Shown here one piece after another: positions 1 through 12,099 of a DNA stretch of 64,000 nucleotides. Location of the stretch: the NCBI GenBank assembly GCA_963575745.1, contig CAUYUJ010000115.1, forward strand, positions 124,001 through 188,000, given 5' to 3'. Position 1 is the stretch's first letter, and the number at the start of each line of letters is the position of its first letter. The position numbers were made by a program, and so were the translations under genes. The stretch comes from Prorocentrum cordatum (Eukaryota). The notes below the pieces were generated by a model. It did not search any database. It was not told where the DNA came from and saw only the letters and a program-made list of their open reading frames with translations.

Positions 1-559
1 GCCCACGACGAACCAAGACGGCCTCATCACGGCAAACGGTGCCCTCAAGACGGGCCTAGACGGCTCCAAGACGGCCCTTTGAGGGAGCCAACACGGCCCC
101 ACACCCTTCGGGCGAACACTTGGGGGGACTGGGAGCTTGCGACAAGTCTCCCACATTCATTGTCCTGCCCCACTCTGTTCGCCTGGAGGCCTCCTCCAAC
201 CCTGTGGGCGAACAAGAGGAAACCCAGCGGGCCGCCAACCCTGGGGCCCGTGGGCCCCGCGCCGCTTGGTCAGAAGACGAACGCCGGGTCTGACAGGCCA
301 GCTACCGCCCCTTTGCCCGATATGCTGTGCCATTATGTTCCCCCAGGGGCCTTGGCAAACTCTTCGGGCCAACCAGACCGGACCCCTGGGACAGCAGCCA
401 CTTGATATGACCCAGGCACCTCTCCGCACTCTTCGGACCACAGACCCTCTGGGCGAGCAGAATGGGACTTGGCGAACAAACCTTTCCGTTGGCGGCGATG
501 CGACTGGATCGCACCAGAAGGCGTGCCCGGAGGTGATGGCCGACCTAAAAGCGGTTGCT

Positions 560-922
560 GTTAAGATTTTACTGAATCACAAGCTTTCTTTAAGCTCTCT
601 TGGGCCCTCCCTGTAGATCCTTGCGCTCCCCGGCGCTTTCGGTGGCTTTCCCCGATGGCCCCCCGAGCCCTTCCCCAGGCGCTCCTGAGACGCCTCAGAT
701 GGGCTTCGACTTCGACACACATCCCCAAGCGACTTCGCAACTGCCCTCAAAAGGAGGGGGGTGACCGCGCAGTGCGCCGGGGCCCAGCTGCTGGAGCGCT
801 GCAAGAACTCGGACACGAAGGCGCGGTCTCGCTGCCGCCGCCCGAGCCGCCGCCGTGTTTGTCGTCCCTCCGAGAACCATTCCAGAAAGATGTCGTGGAC
901 GGAGTCCACGGGCCAGCCCTAG
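560..922 (+). mobile_element. Helitron-like unit, 3' portion (5' end not identified)
   Basis: Hairpin CGTGGAC-GGA-GTCCACG (894-910), then CTAG (919-922). The same 3' region recurs at about 28900-29295 and inverted at about 62504-62745. Confidence 0.75.
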
Positions 923-2173
923 TCTCTACTACATTGCAGGGCCCAGTGCGTGCCAGAAGGGCGCAGGCTCTAATGAGTCAAAACCGCCCCGGGCTGGCTC
1001 CGGGCCGCCCCGGGCCGCCCAGGCAGGCTCCAGGACATGTCGAGAGGGCCCCCAGAAGCCCCCAAGACGGCCCCGGAGAGCCCCGGCACGCTTAAAGATG
1101 GGCCCAAGACGCCCGAGATTCGCCCCAGACGGCCCAAGAGGCGTCCAAGACGCCCGAAGAGGCCTCCCAAGAGGGCCCCGAGCGACAGAAATCGTATTTC
1201 TATTGTGTTTTTCGATGTTTTCGGCCTCCTCGCCTCTTCGGCTTCCCGACGCTCCAATACGGCCCAAGAAGTCCCCCCGACCGCTCCAAGACGGCCGAAG
1301 AGGACCCCAAGAGAGCCCCAAGACGGGCCAGGAGGGCCCCAAGACGGTCCCAAGACGCCCCAGGACGGCCCCAGGACGGCCCAGGAGGCGCCCAAGACGG
1401 CCCAAGAGGCACCCAAGACGGCCCCAGGAGCGGCCCAAGACGGCCCAAGACAGCCCAAGAGGCGCCGAGGCGGGCCTCAGACGGCCCCAAGACGGCCCAA
1501 GAGGCACCCAAGACGGCCCGAGAGGGCCCTAAGAGCCCCCCCGGGAGGCCCAAAAGAAGGCCGAAGAGGCTCCGAAACGGCCCCCACGAAGCCTTCAGTG
1601 GCTTCAGAATTCCCTCCAGGAGCGGGGGAGCGGACGAGAGGCGACAGGCATATCGCAGGCAAAAACGCCCCAAGAGATCCCCAAACGGCCCCCACGAAGC
1701 CCTAAGTGGCCTCAGAATTGCTTCCAGGAGGGGGGGAGCGGACGAGAGGCGACCGGCATATCGAATGCACAAAAGAACAATGTTGGACGCTCCGAGGGCC
1801 TTCGATGTTTCTCTGTTGGGGAGAGTCGTCGTAGGATCGACGATTGCCGACCGAGGGCATGGAGAATCCAGCGAAAGAGAAGAAGGTGGAAGAGGAGGAG
1901 GAGGAGGAGGAGGAGGCGGAGGAGGAGGAGGAGGAGGAGGAGGAGGGGGAGGAAGCAGCAGGACCTCCGAGCAGCAGCAGCAGCTGAGGAACACAGGAGA
2001 GCAGGAGGTCCTGGAGGGCCTGGCGCTGCACTGCGAGATGTGGAAAGCCAAGCTGGAGCCCGACGCCATCATGATTGCTTTTCGGCCCTGCAGCCGCACC
2101 CCCCCGCGCTTGCCCAGAGACCCCTCGCCACGTCGAGCTGATGTCGTGGACGGAGTCCACAGGTCTGCCCTCG
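923..2173 (+). mobile_element. Non-autonomous Helitron-like unit
   Basis: Starts TCTCTACTACATTGCAGGGCCC directly after the preceding CTAG. Ends GTGGAC-GGA-GTCCAC (2146-2160) + CTCG. Near-identical inverted copy at 59762-60586 that lacks about 1651-2068. Confidence 0.75.
2021..2068 (+). pseudogene. C-terminal half of a PPR repeat (ALHCEMWKAKLEPDA)
   Basis: Matches the second helix of the local PPR consensus and ends at the same A|T phase as the full blocks. Confidence 0.7.
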
Positions 2174-2383
2174 TCAGCTACAATTCTGGGATCAGCGCGT
2201 GCGCGAAGGGCGATCAGTGGCAGCGGGCGCTGGCGCTGCTGACCGAGATGCGGGAAGCGAAGCTGGAACCCGACGCCATCAGCTACACCGCTGGGATCAG
2301 CGCGTGCGCGAAGGGCGATCAGTGGCAGCGGGCGCTGGCGCTGCTGACCGAGATTTCGGAGGCGACGCTGGAGCACAACGTAA
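2174..2383 (+). CDS. PPR block, 2 repeats (210 bp), coding fragment
   Basis: SYNSGISACAKGDQWQRALALLTEMREAKLEPDAI SYTAGISACAKG...LEHNV. 35-aa P-type PPR motif, no stops. Confidence 0.8.
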
Positions 2384-3295
2384 TTGATCGAAGACGCCTA
2401 CAGCGAATCACCGCCGCCCCCTGCCTTTTGGAATCGCCCATGTGGCCGAGTGTTGTGGCAAGATCTCTGCCAAGCTATCGGGCCATGTGTTCCCCAGCCG
2501 TTGTAGAAACCAGTCGGGGAACACTTGGGGGAGGAGGAGGAGGAGGAGGAGGAGGAGGAGGAGGAGGAGGAGGAGGAGGAGGAGGAGGAGGAGGAGGAGG
2601 AGAGGGCATCTTGGGAGCCTCTGGTGCTCACTCTTGGGGTTTCCTGGGAGCAGCCTGCGAGCCTTTGGGAGGCATCTTGGGGGCCGCCTCTCTGGGCCGA
2701 TTTGGGGCCTTTCTTGGGGTGCTCCAGGGCCGTCTTGGAGGCCACCTTGGGCGTCTTGGAGGTCTCTTGGGCCGTCTTGGGGCCACCCTTGGGCCGTCTT
2801 GGGGGCCTCTTGGCCCGTTCTGAGGCCATCTTGGAGGCCTTTTGGGCGATCTCGGGGCGATAGTTTGGGGCTCTTGGGCCGTCTCGGGCCGTCGGAGGAC
2901 CGAAGAGAAACAAATGCCAAAATCCTTTCAAAACCTACGGAATATCAATAATTGTTGCCTCTTCGGGCCTTCCCAGAGGACCTCTTGGAGGCCTCTTGGG
3001 CCGTCTTGGAGGCCTCTTGGGGGCCTCTTGGGCCGTATTGGGCCATCTTGAGGCCATCTCGGACCATGTTGGAGACTTCTTGGGCGCACTTGGCGGCATC
3101 TTGGACCCTCTTGGGCCGTTTTGGAGGCCATATGGGCGAGCTTAGATGCCATTTCGGGACAGCTGAGCCGTCATAAAAGCCATCTTGGGCCATATTGGAA
3201 CGGAGCGGCATTGATATAGACATGTTGCAGTCCTTACCGGTTGACCGACTGGACGGGCCGAAGCCCCAGGGGGAATTCTTTTGGGGAAAAACAAA

Positions 3296-3400
3296 TGTGA
3301 GATAGTGTATGTGCCACGTGTGTATATGCACTACTCGCTGCCGTTTGACCTCTACGGGGGATTGTTTTTGCCAGTGCGCTAAAAATGCATCATAATCACA
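3296..3400 (+). repeat. 5' LTR
   Basis: TGTGA...TCACA ends. Aligns by eye with 13903-14005 (shared core TCGCTGCCGTTTGACCTCTA). Confidence 0.9.
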
Positions 3401-3401
3401 C

Positions 3402-3413
3402 TGGTAGCGGAGC
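3402..3413 (+). promoter_or_regulatory. Primer-binding site
   Basis: TGGTAGCGGAGC 1 nt after the 5' LTR. Resembles the Met-tRNA-type PBS TGGTATCAGAGC. Confidence 0.75.
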
Positions 3414-3529
3414 TACTACACGGTCCTCGTGTCGTACCACTGCGCGCACGTTTCGCCAGAGAGTGTCGCACTACCTCCCTTTACTTTCTGTGCTGGCAGA
3501 TTCCCTCGCTAGGGGACTGAGCCTTGCGC

Positions 3530-4790
3530 CATGGCACTTTCTTTTCTTCGCTAGCGCCGACGCGCTGGCGCGGTCCGAGACGAAGAGTGGCTCCTACATC
3601 TACGACGGCACGGTGAACAGCTTTCACGAGTGGGAATTCCGCACAGAGATGCGCATGAGTGCCGCCTTGGCCTCAGTCGATCAAGAGATTGGTGCGCCAC
3701 AGCAACACGTGACCGCCGCAGCTGCCAACAAGGTTGTAGAAGGCCCCAGAGGTGACGCGCTCGATATTGCGATGGATATCGGTAAGGACGTGCCTTTGAC
3801 TCCGAATGGGATCGACCAGCTGGCGCTGGCGATTCGTACTGCACTCTTCCCCATAGAGGCGCAGGAAGCGAAGATCCTGTTCCAGGCGGGGCAGAGACCA
3901 TATGGACCACTGTCTCGGCAGCACGGTGAGTCTATGGCTTCGTACATCGCCCGAAGGAAGCGCTGGTGGAAACTTGTCTCCATGTTAGATCTCAAGATCT
4001 TGATGGGCGACGATGTGCTTGGCTCCCTTTTCTTGGACCATGCAAGACTCTCGCCTTCGGAGAACCTGATGGTGTTGACATCCACCGAACATTTGACAAC
4101 TTCGACAAGATCAGGGACGTCTTGATCCTCCATCTCGGCCGCATGCGCAGCCGCCAAGAAAGGCAAGGGCGAGCGTGGTAGAGGCCCCAGCTCTTCGACA
4201 TGGGCGCAGCCCAGACCCAGCTACCAGACCTGAGCAAGGGCAAGGGCAAGGTGCGCTTCTCCAGACCACAACGCGCCTTCTACAATGCCGATGAAGGATG
4301 GTACGAGCAGGAAGAGCATTACCCTGAGCAGCTAAGTCCCTACGGGCACTTCGCGTCCGGCTATGCGCCAGAGCACGGCTGGGACGACGCGGCCTCGGAC
4401 GACTACGCCGACGAACGCACCTGCGTCGACGAGGGGTCGCATGCTCTCTGGGCCCCTGTCCAGGATAGCAGCGAGCTCGACGTCGATGTGGCCGACGAGA
4501 TGGTCGAGGCCGGATACGCGGAGGAAGGAGCTTCTGACGCGATCCAGGAGGGCCTGGTCGCCGATCCTGGCGCCAGAGGGAGGGGCAAGGGCAATGGAAA
4601 GAGCGGAGGCAAGGGTCACCACTGCACGCCCTGGTCGCCCAACGAGGGCGGCAAGGGGGGGCCCCCCCTGGAAGATCGCGCGGGAGCGGCTCCAGGATAT
4701 CAAGAAACGCTCGAAATGCAAGACCTGCCACGAAGCAGGCCACTGGTCCGGGGGGCCTGATTGCAAGGGCAAGCCCAGGGCGGCAGTGGT
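3530..4790 (+). pseudogene. gag: gag, frameshifted, with CCHC zinc knuckle
   Basis: YDGTVNSFHEWEFR...ESMASYIARRKRWW capsid-like segment. CKTCHEAGHWSGGPDC knuckle at about 4717-4765. Confidence 0.8.
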
Positions 4791-6679
4791 TGCGCACGCT
4801 GGAGACACTGGCGAGCGCCATGTCCAGTTGCGCGAGGACGATGATGGACGAGAGTTCGGATCCGTCAGTTCTGCGGCTGCATCATCATGAATTCCCCATC
4901 ATATCATTGGGGGCAAGGAGGAGTCGATGAGGATGGATCCTGGTGTTTCTCGTTACTGCTCTTCTTTCTCTTCTCGCGCCATGCGTCGCAGGGCATGCGC
5001 GCGCGAGGGGGGGGGGGGGGGGGGGATTGTGATGGGCAGTGTAGCTTTTGTAGCGCAACCACGTTGAGCGTCATGTCTGCGTGAGTTGCACGGTGATGAC
5101 CGAAGCCGCTCCGGTTCAGGGGCCTCCAGGGCTCCAGGAAAAGGGTCTTCAGACCTCTGAAGAGGCTGAGGGAGATACTCATGGGTTCATGGCTGTTCGC
5201 TCGACCGAATCAAATTCTATGAGTAGTGTTTCTGATGAAAAGTTTAGAGGGGGGGGGATCCGTTGCGGATGCGAGCTTACCTGGCCAGGATATTGCGTCT
5301 GCTTCGGGTCAGCACAAGGGGCTTGGTTGTGGTCGTGTTCTCAGGGGTACTCCAGATCCCGTGGATTGGGGTCGCAAGGTGAAGAAACCGAGTGAGGGTC
5401 TGGTTCTGTTCTTAGGACGGGTCGATGGCAACTTCACTCGGGGGGGGGGCGGACAGTTTATGAAAGCTCCGGGGCCGAAAGTTTGCAGTCACAGAGTTTT
5501 GCTTTCTTCTTTTTTTCTGGCCTGAACAGGAAACCTCCAAATGCCCCGTTGCCTTATCCTTGCGCTCGAGGTTGCAAGGGTCCCCCGGGAGTCGGGCCTA
5601 GCGCTCGTTTCGTTGTGCGCACCGGAAAGGGTTGCGGGCGCGAGACCGAGGCGGAGAGGTGCGAGGCACTGCACTCGCCAGGCGAGTGCCCGCGCGATCT
5701 CGTGGACAAGGGCGGCAGCACTCCAGATGTTGTTCGCGCGAATGGCTGTCGCTGCCTGGCGCGCGTCGATGGGCAGCCCAGGACGCAAGCAGAATGCAAG
5801 AGAGCAACAGCTAGGAAAGCCGAACGCTCCAGCAACATCCAAGCAGAAGCAATTGGGCATATGTTTGAGGATGATCGCCGCATCACCTCTACAGAGGTAA
5901 AGGTTGCATTAAAGGCTTCCACTAAACGTGCGCCGCTGGGATGTGCGATGCCACGGGTGACATGCGCACAGGTGAACTAACTCCTTTGCTCCGCGATTGC
6001 GTCGCAGAAGTCGCAGATCAGAGTCTCTTTTTTCGGTTTTATGTCTCCAGCGCAGAACGTTCCGATCGAAGTTTCGGCCCCCCTAAGCTTGGGCTCGTAA
6101 CGCAGAGGATAAATTCGATAAGTTTGGTTTCCATCCTACATGGGTTCGCAGACAGCGTGAGACGCGCAGCAGCGTGCGAGGACAGGCAGGGAGTGAGACG
6201 ACAGGTAAGAGGAGTTTTCCGTCTCGTATCGTTGCTTCTGGCGGCGCCGTGAGCGAGCGTCTCGAGTCGCATCTGTTGAAGGATTCGGATCATGTTCCTC
6301 TCTCGGTGTCTCTTCCTGCGCAGACTTCCCTCGGTCTCTCGAAGGATATTGCTAATGGTCGCTCTCTCTCGAGCCAGGAAGGTGAGGTAGGATCGTGTCG
6401 TTGTGATCGCCCAGGCCTTCTCATCATTCGTCTCGGTCAGTGTGGCCCCGAACGCGTTGCGGAGCCCGCTCGTCTGTTGCGCATTTCGTACATAAGCAGT
6501 GACCAGCCGTGCTGCGCAGCTCCCGCCGGCGACGCCGCGCCGCCTGCTGTCGTGGATCACTCCAGCGACGACTGGGTTACTCGTGTGCCTGCGCCCGTCG
6601 ACCATTCCAGTGATGACGAGGAAGTGCGGGTCGCTGCCATGGCTGCTGGCGGTGGTGCTCGCCCCGCGCCACAGCGCTC

Positions 6680-7200
6680 GAAGTTAGCTGCGATCACTCT
6701 TGGAGAACTTCGAGAACACCCCGAGGTGCTCGGGGTCGACGATGCTGAAGGAGTACATCCGCCGTCATCAACGCTCCAGTCACGAGATGACTACCAGAGG
6801 GGCGCGACGCCAATGCCATCATAGATGGGCTCGTTGCTGCAGATCAGAACCTGGCGAACTATGATTGGTATGTGTTGGTAGACACCTGAGCGCTTAACGA
6901 CCCGACTCAGGCGCGCCATATCGGTCATCGCCCGAATATCCCACGCAAGTCAGTTGAGAATGAGCATTTTGTTGGCATCGTTGAGTATGCGGGAAGATCT
7001 TTGGCGAAGAACACGTGGTCACAGTCTGTGCGCATCGTTGTCATCGGCCGTTCTGGTCGGTATCGCTCTGTTGCTGTCAGTTATGGTGTTAAGCCGTTCT
7101 TGAAGCAGTGCGACATTAAATGCAGTTCTGCGCGCCTGAGTCGACATGAGTTGCCCAATCGTACTTGTAACGGAGAATGCGATGGTTGCTGCCACTTATC
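6680..7200 (+). pseudogene. RapZ C-terminal-like domain relic inside the retrotransposon
   Basis: LAAITLG...VDT*ALNDP..RHIG...VRIVVIGRSGRYRSVAVS resembles the RapZ-C motifs SFG, DxRxLxNP and IxxGCTGGxHRSVA. Recognised by eye only. Confidence 0.5.
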
Positions 7201-9249
7201 CGATTGGGCCCGTGAGATGTCAAATTCTGCGGCTGACAAGATGGTTTCGCTTTTGATTGAATTCGTGGAGAAGTTTAGTGCACCGCCGCCTCAGTTCCTG
7301 CGCCGTCTGCCAAGCGCAGACCCCGCGACGGGGCTGAGCTGGCCAGGAGGGAGGCGAAGAGAACTCGCGCTTCATCGAGTGCGGTTAACGAAGTAGATGA
7401 TAATGACGTGGCCACTGTCGTCTGTGAACACACCAAAACAACCTGGCGTGAACGTCTCGGCGCTGACTATATTGAGGCAGATTTCATGATCCGGATGAGG
7501 CGATATGTTGGGCGTGAGCTGCACTTGTATTTGAAGATCTGCCACGAGGACAGGAGGCCGCCTGCAGATCATATGCGATTTGTACGTTATGCTCGTGTGT
7601 ATGCAGAAACTGGTGCATTGCCCACTTCTGTTGGTGGCAGTATTCCTGCTGCTGCTGCTTCGCCACCGCCCGTCGCCGCATCGTCTTTTGCCGCTGCATC
7701 ACCCCCTTACATATCGGGCACGCGATGCGCAGGGCGACGACGACGACGCGCCGAAGAAGAAGGCACGCATGGGCAGCGCCGGCGAGTCGACGGGTCTGCC
7801 ACCGGGCGAACCTGCACCTCAGGGCACGATCATTCGCCCTCCTGGGATGCTTCCTATGATGCCTCCACCAAAGCACAAGCCCGCTGTCCTCGCGCCGAGG
7901 CAGCCGGACGGACCGCCGCCTGCACGCATTCACAGAGTTCCTCTGCCGCCTCCGCCACCGTAGCCGCCGCGCAGGGTAGGGCCGCTACCGCCACCACCAC
8001 CGCCTCCGGCGAGTACTGCTGCCGCCAGCAGCGAAGACGAATCGAGCAAGACTCGGGCATCTCGTTCAGGATCCCCGACTTCTCCTGTCGAGAGGGACCT
8101 TGCCACGGTGGTGAGCGGGCCGGAGATCCAGTCGTGGACTTCTAGTCGATTGCAGTTGGCGCAGCTCAGCTGGATTCGCTTTTCCAGCACAGCAAGAAGA
8201 GGAACTTGATCACGCACGTTGATCCTCGATCGTTCCCATCAGAGGGGTCGAAGGGCTGCGCGGGAGAGCAGGGCGCTGGGAAATTGGTGCGTGCGAGCTG
8301 CGAAATTGATCCGTTCAACACTCCGATCAAGTTCCCGCCGGCATGGTCTTCTTGGAAGAAGAGTTCCATGGGTTGCTCCAAGGACACCCAGACCTGGAAG
8401 CGTACAGAAGATCGTGTTGCCATGAGTTCTTCCGTGGATGCTGAGGAGTTCGATCGAGTGGCAATATGTGTGCAGCCTCCGGGGACCCGCGTTGACGGAA
8501 CATCGCATTTGTGCGCGCCACTGCAGCTGGGCCAGCATGAGACGACTACCATGAATGCTCAAAATCGTGCCAAATATTGCCGTGGATTGTGACATCAGTA
8601 TGCAGGATGAGTTGTTATCTGCGTGCGTTGCCGAGCTGTCCGTACCAGGCATGTCTGCTACCGACAAGGAGATCGTCGAGAAGGTGATCGCGAACACCGA
8701 TCCGCTTCGCGGACGAGCGGGGACCAACCTGGCCAGGGTGCTGCTCTACGTCATCGGCATCGCGTTCGCCTGCCCAGTCTCGAGCGACACGGCGGTGCGC
8801 CCAAATAGGGAGCCTTCGATGGCAAAATACACCATCGAGCGCAATCCTACACACATCATCATCAAATCATGTGATCAGTGATTGTTTCTCTGGTTTGGCT
8901 CAAGATGATGGTCATGTAACTGCTGCGCTCGGTTACGAGCCTGGTTGCTCAAGCCTCGAGGTTACTAGTGCGCTGAACTCGTACTTGAGTCAGACGCGGA
9001 CATCGCGAGTCAGAGATTCCTCGAGTTCCTCAGGGAGTTTGGTCGGAAAGTTAGACTGAATAGATTTGCGCTTGCAGCTTTCGCCGTTGAAGCCGCAGAG
9101 GAGAGAGTTCGCGACGAGATGTGCACGATGATCGGTGATGACGACGTCGCTACAGTCTCTGCGGAACGCCTGCGACATGGGGAGCTAGTTATCCTGGAAC
9201 AAATCAACCTACCTGGCGAGCCGAGGCACGAAGGAAAGAGAAGGAAAGC

Positions 9250-11500
9250 GTGGTTGCAGATCCCGCTCCGCACAAGGATCGCCATTCGACGACTGCACAG
9301 ACAGTTTGGCCATGTGCCAAATCGTGTTCTCGTGCTGCTGATGAGAATCTCCAGGATGTCATCGGACTAGATTGAAGCCGCCAAGAATTATCGATGTGAA
9401 TCTTGCGAACATCACAAACCGCTAGCTCAGACTCACAAGGTTGTCTTGCCCAAGAAGCTTTGCTTCAACCATGGAGAGAGCGTGATCCACCGCCGCTTTA
9501 CTGTGGAAAATTGCCTACCTTTTCCTCCGGAACCCAGGGGCCCCCCGCCCCCCCCCTCCGAACCCCCCCCCCCCCGCTTCCCCCCCGGCAAAACCCTCCT
9601 CCTCCTCTAACCCCTCCCCCCCCCCCCTCCCCCTCGAAAACAGGGGGGGGTCGCGACCGGTTCGAACCCCCCTCCCTTCCGGATCCGTAAAACCGGGGGG
9701 GTCACTACCGGTTGGACCCCCCCCCCCCGAAAACCGGAGGGGGGTCACTGCCGGTTCGACCCCCCCCCCCACCCCACGCACCGCCAGCAAACGACTCCCG
9801 GTCCCTACCACCGCTCGCATCACATCCCCCACTGTTGTTCCCAGCACCACTGTCCTCACCACCACTGTCCCCGCTGGTTCCACCACCGTCCCTATTGTCC
9901 CCACCAGTGCCCCCACCACTGTCGCACTGTCCCCACTGTTCCCACCACTGTTCCCACCGCGGTTCCACTCTCCCCACTGTCTCCACGGACCCAACCACTG
10001 CCTATCCCCACTGTCCCCACTGTCCCACTGACTCCTCCACTGTCCCACTGAGCTGTCCCACTGTTCCCACCGCTGTCCCCACTGTCCCCACCATTGTCCC
10101 CGCTGCGCCTCTGTCCCATTGTCCCACCGCCGTCCTCGCCACCGCCCTTGCCACTGTCCCCACCACCATTGTACCCTCCACTGTCCCATTGTTTCCGCTT
10201 CATTCCCACTGTCCCCACACCGCTGTCCCCACCGCCACGGTCCCCGCCACTGTCCACTGTCCCCCCTGTTCCCACCATTGTCCCCACCACTGTCCCCACC
10301 ACTGCCGTCCCCACCACTGTCCCACTGTCCCACTGTCCCCGCCGCTGTCCCGCTGTCCCCTCACCGCTGTCCCCGCCAACACCGCCCCCACCACTGCCCA
10401 CGCCTCCATTCTGTTTTCGAGGGGGGGGGGGGGGGCTCGAACTGGTAGCGACCCCCCCCCCCCCCCTTTCCATGATGAGCTGGGGGGGGGGGGGGGGGGG
10501 GGGGGGGGGGGCTCGAACCGGCACTGGCCCCCCCCCGGTTTTCCGGAGGGGGGGGGGGGGTTCGAACCGGTAGTGACCCCCCCCTGGTTTTCCGCCAGCA
10601 GCGGTAGAACACGCTCTTTCCAACCATGAAATCGGCACCGACTGTCTAGAGGTGAAGGACAACAGTGGAGAACGTTACACCTTCTTGAACATAGTGTGCC
10701 AGGGTATAACATTTCAGCGCGTGATCTTTGCCGAGCAGGGAGGTGGCGCGCCATCTCCGAGAGCATGCCTCACTGCACTTCAGCAACACTGGTGTGCAGG
10801 GGCAGGTAAGCCCAAAAGACTGGTGTTGGACCGTGGACAGCACAACAGAAGGGTGTTTCTGCAATGGGTTAAGAGTCAAGGGATCGATCGACCTCCGCGA
10901 CGCCGTAGGCCGCACCGAGAGACATGGTGGACTTTGGAAGAACAGCTTCAAGAAGGTTGTGCACGACAAGAACGCTGGAGTCGATGAAGTCATCTCTACT
11001 GCATCCGAAGTCGACAACGCGAAGAATGATATGTCACGGGTCGGCGGATTCACGCCTGCTCAGTTGGTACTCGGTAAGATGTACTCGGTAAGTGGCTTCG
11101 ACGACGAGGAAGCTTTCGACTTGGGAGTGCTTGCGAATGTTGCAGGGGACGGGGCCGACGAGTTTCCTCGCCAGGCTGCGATCCGGGCGTTTGCCAGAAA
11201 AGCATTCGCATAACACGACGTCGGGAATAGGATGGCAAGGGCCGCTCTCCGAGAGGCAACGCCATTAGCTGGATAAGACCAGGAAGGTGATGTAGTATGC
11301 TTTCGCAAGAGGCCCACCGACGGCCAGGTTACCGCTAAGTGGAGCACTTGTTCTCGCATCGTTGGATTCGCTGGCAAGAACGCATGGGTTATCACAGAGG
11401 GTGTGCCCGTCTGCGTGGCTGTCGACAGGCTTCGACTGTGTGCAGCGGCGGAAGCGTTGGCTTCCGAATATCTCTCTAAGCGTGGTGTTGAGAGGTACGC
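9250..11500 (+). pseudogene. Integrase (HHCC + DDE), split by an insertion at 9474-10620
   Basis: RRLHRQFGH...CESC, then FNH|EIGTD...LVLDRG...TERHGGLWK. Confidence 0.88.
9474..10620. mobile_element. Non-autonomous TIR DNA transposon with central minisatellite
   Basis: TIRs GAGAGAGCGTGATCCACCGCCGC vs reverse complement GAAAGAGCGTGTTCTACCGCTGC (19/23 match). Direct repeat CAACCATG at 9466-9473 and 10621-10628. Internal CCACTGTCC array at about 9825-10400. Confidence 0.88.
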
Positions 11501-12099
11501 ACCTCCAGACGGGCAACAGCAGACGTTCGAGGGCGAGCGACGCGAGCTGCCAGAACCACGGGCGCAAGAGCATTCTGCGCAAGAACATCCTATGGCGACG
11601 GAAAAGCTACCGGGGCCTCCAGAAGGCCCCGAGTTCATAGAGGAAGCATTTCGCCAAATGGAAGATGAGCTGTCAGATGGAATTTCGTTCCTGTGCCGCC
11701 CGCGATGAGGTCGTCACAGGTGACTCGAGAGCCTCTTCTGAGGTCGTTATTAGACGACGCCCCGCGCGGCATACAGAGTCGCAACGAAGTGATGCGCAGA
11801 AGAGTCGAGAATGCCGATGGTAGTGCGCGAAGGGTTTCCGAGTCTGTCTCGGAGCCAGCTCCCAAACCAGCGATCTCTCTTCTTGAGGCCATGCGCCGGG
11901 CCGGAACATCGGGGCCGGGCATGGATCTTCTAGCTCGTAGAGAAGCTTCACTCGCTGTTAAATCACATGGAAGGCTGGTCGGATTCTTCAATGAACGCAC
12001 CGTCAATAAGCCGCAATCCAAGAGGAAGCTAGAGAGTGCAAAGAATATTGTATACCATCGGGAATCTCAGGACGTGAAAAGCGGTTTACGCCTGGCAAG

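Noticed and set aside
894..922. Hairpins read as bacterial terminators, REP elements or attC sites
   Set aside because: No U-tract, integrase or bacterial context. The fixed CTAG|T end fits Helitron termini better.
855..1705. Pro/Arg-rich 'PRRPKTAQE' ORFs here and throughout the window
   Set aside because: A by-product of the 10-11 bp CAAGA-periodic repeat, not credible proteins.
8894..8904. TTTGGCTCAAG followed by ATG, matching the 3' end of the dinoflagellate spliced leader
   Set aside because: Only 11 nt, upstream bases do not match, and it lies inside the retrotransposon. Compatible with chance.
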